This document shows, piece by piece, positions 61,193-64,000 of a DNA stretch of 64,000 bases; positions within the stretch are counted from its first letter, which is position 1; each line of letters starts with the position of its first letter. Below the pieces are notes generated by a model. It was given only the letters and a program-made list of their open reading frames with translations. It was not told where the DNA came from and searched no databases. The stretch is from Octopus sinensis (Eukaryota), in the NCBI RefSeq assembly GCF_006345805.1, contig NC_043009.1, positions 62,868,001-62,932,000 on the forward strand, in the 5' to 3' direction. Position numbers and translations under genes: made by a program.

Positions 61193-62234
61193 AACTTAAT
61201 TTTTAGAATGACATTGTAGGGTAGGTGGGAGAAATCACATCTGGCCTGTTTAAACATAAAACCGGTAGAATATTTTGGCTGGATATGACTGGTTTAAATG
61301 CTAAAGGGTTAAATAACTTAAAAGGCTAGAATGGAAAACAGATGCTGATAATAATAATAAAAAAAAGCTTTTATTCACTTAGAGAAACCTAATAAATTTA
61401 ATCATTATCATTAAACAATTACAAAAATATTAATAATGAATTATATTAGCTCAAATTAATTCTCAAAATATACAACAGAAAACAGAAGTGTTTTAGTAGT
61501 ACCATACTGAGAAAATTACACATCTTTTAATTCATCCTGTCCAAAACCGAGAAAATTTAAATAGCCTTAACATGGAATAAGTCAGCAACATACTAAAAAA
61601 ATAAAGCTTATGAATCTAATTGCAAAACCAAAGTTTTTGTCATCATTGTCTGACATCCACTTATCCATGGGTCAGATGCAATTTATTGAGACAGGTTTTC
61701 TAGGGTCAGACACATTTCCTGTCACCAACCCTCACTCATTTCCAAGAAAAATAATATTTCTTCCCACAGCCACAATGTTATTCATGGATGATTGAAAATG
61801 AATGAGACTGCTTGTATGACAGGGGTGCTCGTTTACAATCATCACATGGTGTCAAAGGCAAGGGTGTACACAAACACATAAAATGGGCTTCTTTTAGTTT
61901 CTGTCTACCAAATCCACTCACAAGGTTTTGTAGGCCCAGGGTTATAGGAGAGGACACTTGCCCAAGGTGCTGCACATTGCTAAAAATTATAAAAGCAAAC
62001 TGAATTATATGTATATGAGGGAAAATCTCAATTTTTTTTTTTTAGATAAAGGTGGTTAACAAGTTTGAAAAGTTAACATAAATAAAAATGAAATTCTATA
62101 GTTATGAGGTATTTAACAGCATAAAGTGTTTGTGTGCAACACAAGGCCTAGAGACAAAAACAATATTGGTACTGAGAAGTCAAAAACAAGCAAGCTGTTT
62201 TCAGTAGAAGTAATCTTCAGATTTTTCTCTAGGT

Positions 62235-62302
<68 letters not shown>

Positions 62303-62618
62303 TTATCCAAGTAATTTTGTTCACAAAAATTCTAATCAGCATTTAAAATAATTTAGATTCTAAATGTAAAATCTGTCTTTTCATTACTGTTTATGCTAAC
62401 TAGCCTTTGGATCAAGAGACGGACATCAATGTTCTTACATCGGTTCACGTAGTTAGCAACAGTGCATGCATAAATACACACACACATTATATATATATAT
62501 ATATATATGAACAAAAAAAAAAAAAAAGAGTGTAACAGGCAACAACAAAACATTCAGACAGACGATACAAAAAAATGACAAGGAAAAACAAGGACGGGTC
62601 ATTCGGTGCTTTCAATCT

Positions 62619-62719
62619 TCAGTTGAGTATCAGATCATCTTTGCAGTTTCGGCCGGTTAATCTTGAGACTGCTCTAACCTGGCCGGTACCAAGAAAATCT
62701 AAGCTAAGAGCACTAGATT
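62619..62719 (-). CDS. Possible terminal coding exon of an unidentified gene entering from beyond the window
   Basis: Pyrimidine-rich acceptor ...gctttcttccaaAG, frame SSALSLDFLGTGQVRAVSRLTGRNCKDDLILN*, more GC-rich than its surroundings, then U-rich sequence; alternative acceptor at 62679-62680; no homology recognised. Confidence 0.3.
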
Positions 62720-63392
62720 CTTTGGAAGAAAGCAAACGAATGAATACAAGAACAAGGATGGAAAAAAAAAAAAAATTGGAGAAATGGTACACAATTACAA
62801 ATACAAACAACAGGTGTCTTTCAACTAAAGATAAATTAAGCTGGCATGTGTGAGTGTAAAAATTAAACACAAAGGTAAAAAGAACAGAGTGTATTAGGTT
62901 TACGCTCAGGAAAAATAGAAGGAAAAGCCTATTGTTTTGAGCATACACAGAAAGAAAAGCCAGGGAGGGGGGTTAGAGAGAGAAAAGAACAAATGTTGAT
63001 TAGATGGTCACTGAACAAAATACTCAGATGATGAGGCAGAAAAACAAGACAAAAATCATTTCATATTTAAGAGTATATAAGAATCAGTTTAGTATGTACC
63101 ATAAATGCAACAGAAAGTTTGCACTAGGAGAAACAAGAATTCTTGCAAAGATGTTTTACTCTTTTGATATCAATCTAACACTATCCCTGCTGTCAATGGT
63201 ACAAACTTTCTGATTTGAAGTGATCTAAATTAAAAGCTTCCATCAAAAATTCCATGGTGATTTCCGTTCCAAGCACTAGCTCCAACTTATTTCCCTAAAT
63301 TCTTCATTATTTTCAAATCAATTGAGACAAAAACAGTGCATTTCAACAGAAACAGGATAACAAAATGGTTAAGTCTTTCAAAAAGATTAACT

Positions 63393-63750
63393 CATCATCA
63401 TCATCGTTTAACGTCCGTTTTCCATGCTAGCATGGGTTGGACGGTTCAACCGGGGTCTGGGAAGCCAGGGGGCAGCACCAGGCTCCAGTCTGATATGGCA
63501 GTGTTTCTACAGCTGGATGCCCTTCCTAACGCCAACCACTCCGTGAGTGTAGTGGGTGCTTTTTATGTGCCAGAGGAGGCTGGCAACAGCCACGAATGGT
63601 TGGTGCTTTTTACATGCCACCGGCATGGAAGCCAGTCAAGGCAGCACTGGCATCAGCCACGTACGGATGGAGTTTTTTAGGTGCCAGGGTAGGCTGGCAA
63701 CGGCCACAAACGGTTGGTGCTTTTTATGTGCCACCGGCACGGAAGCCAGT
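63393..63750 (-). mobile_element. Family C repeat with subrepeats
   Basis: Tail, core and about 3 subrepeats. Confidence 0.85.
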
Positions 63751-63793
63751 CACATAATAAATTTCTTCAAATTACCATAGCTTGAAAGAAATA

Positions 63794-64000
63794 TTGGGTT
63801 GGCAAGAAAGTAATTTCGTTTTTGTCAATGTTATGATTTTTTCCTTTTGACATTTGATAGCCGTTACTTTAGAAGCGAATTGCACGTAATTTTGTTTACA
63901 GCTGTTAGTTCTGTGTCACTTTTAACATGGAGTGCAAAGACGAACATTTTCACCATATTTTTTTTTAATTTCTGTAAAGGCAAGAAAGCTGTTGAAGCCC
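63794..64000 (+). mobile_element. 5' end of a mariner element (TIR plus transposase start, running off the window)
   Basis: TA|TTGGGTTGGCAAGAAAGTAATTTCG is a mariner-type TIR; ATG 63927 MECKDEHFHHI.. then shifted KGKKAVEA. Confidence 0.8.

Overview
AT-rich animal genomic DNA. The repeat families look like octopus (inference from recalled cephalopod SINE/MITE motifs; not database-checked). The main feature is a complete multi-exon PDS5 (cohesin regulator, PDS5A/B-like) gene on the minus strand. I assembled it by hand into 32 coding exons (43988 down to 3893; 4137 nt, 1378 aa plus stop); every intron is GT-AG and all phases are consistent. A TATA+Inr core promoter candidate lies at about 47500. 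The last coding exon of GATB (+ strand, 143-268) converges tail-to-tail with PDS5. Introns and intergenic DNA are dense with tRNA-derived SINEs, an RTE-tailed repeat, piggyBac-like and hAT MITEs, Helitron-like elements, and mariner and RTE remnants. Most ORF-track entries are repeat artefacts. Best leads: (1) a pre-tRNA-Glu/RTE-tail chimeric retrocopy at about 18.5 kb resembling a SINE-birth intermediate; (2) signs of several alternative PDS5 C-termini or last exons in the 10-kb last intron; (3) inverted repeat pairs around exons. No CRISPR, rRNA or intact tRNA gene is supported. Repeat boundaries are approximate unless a target-site duplication (TSD) is cited.
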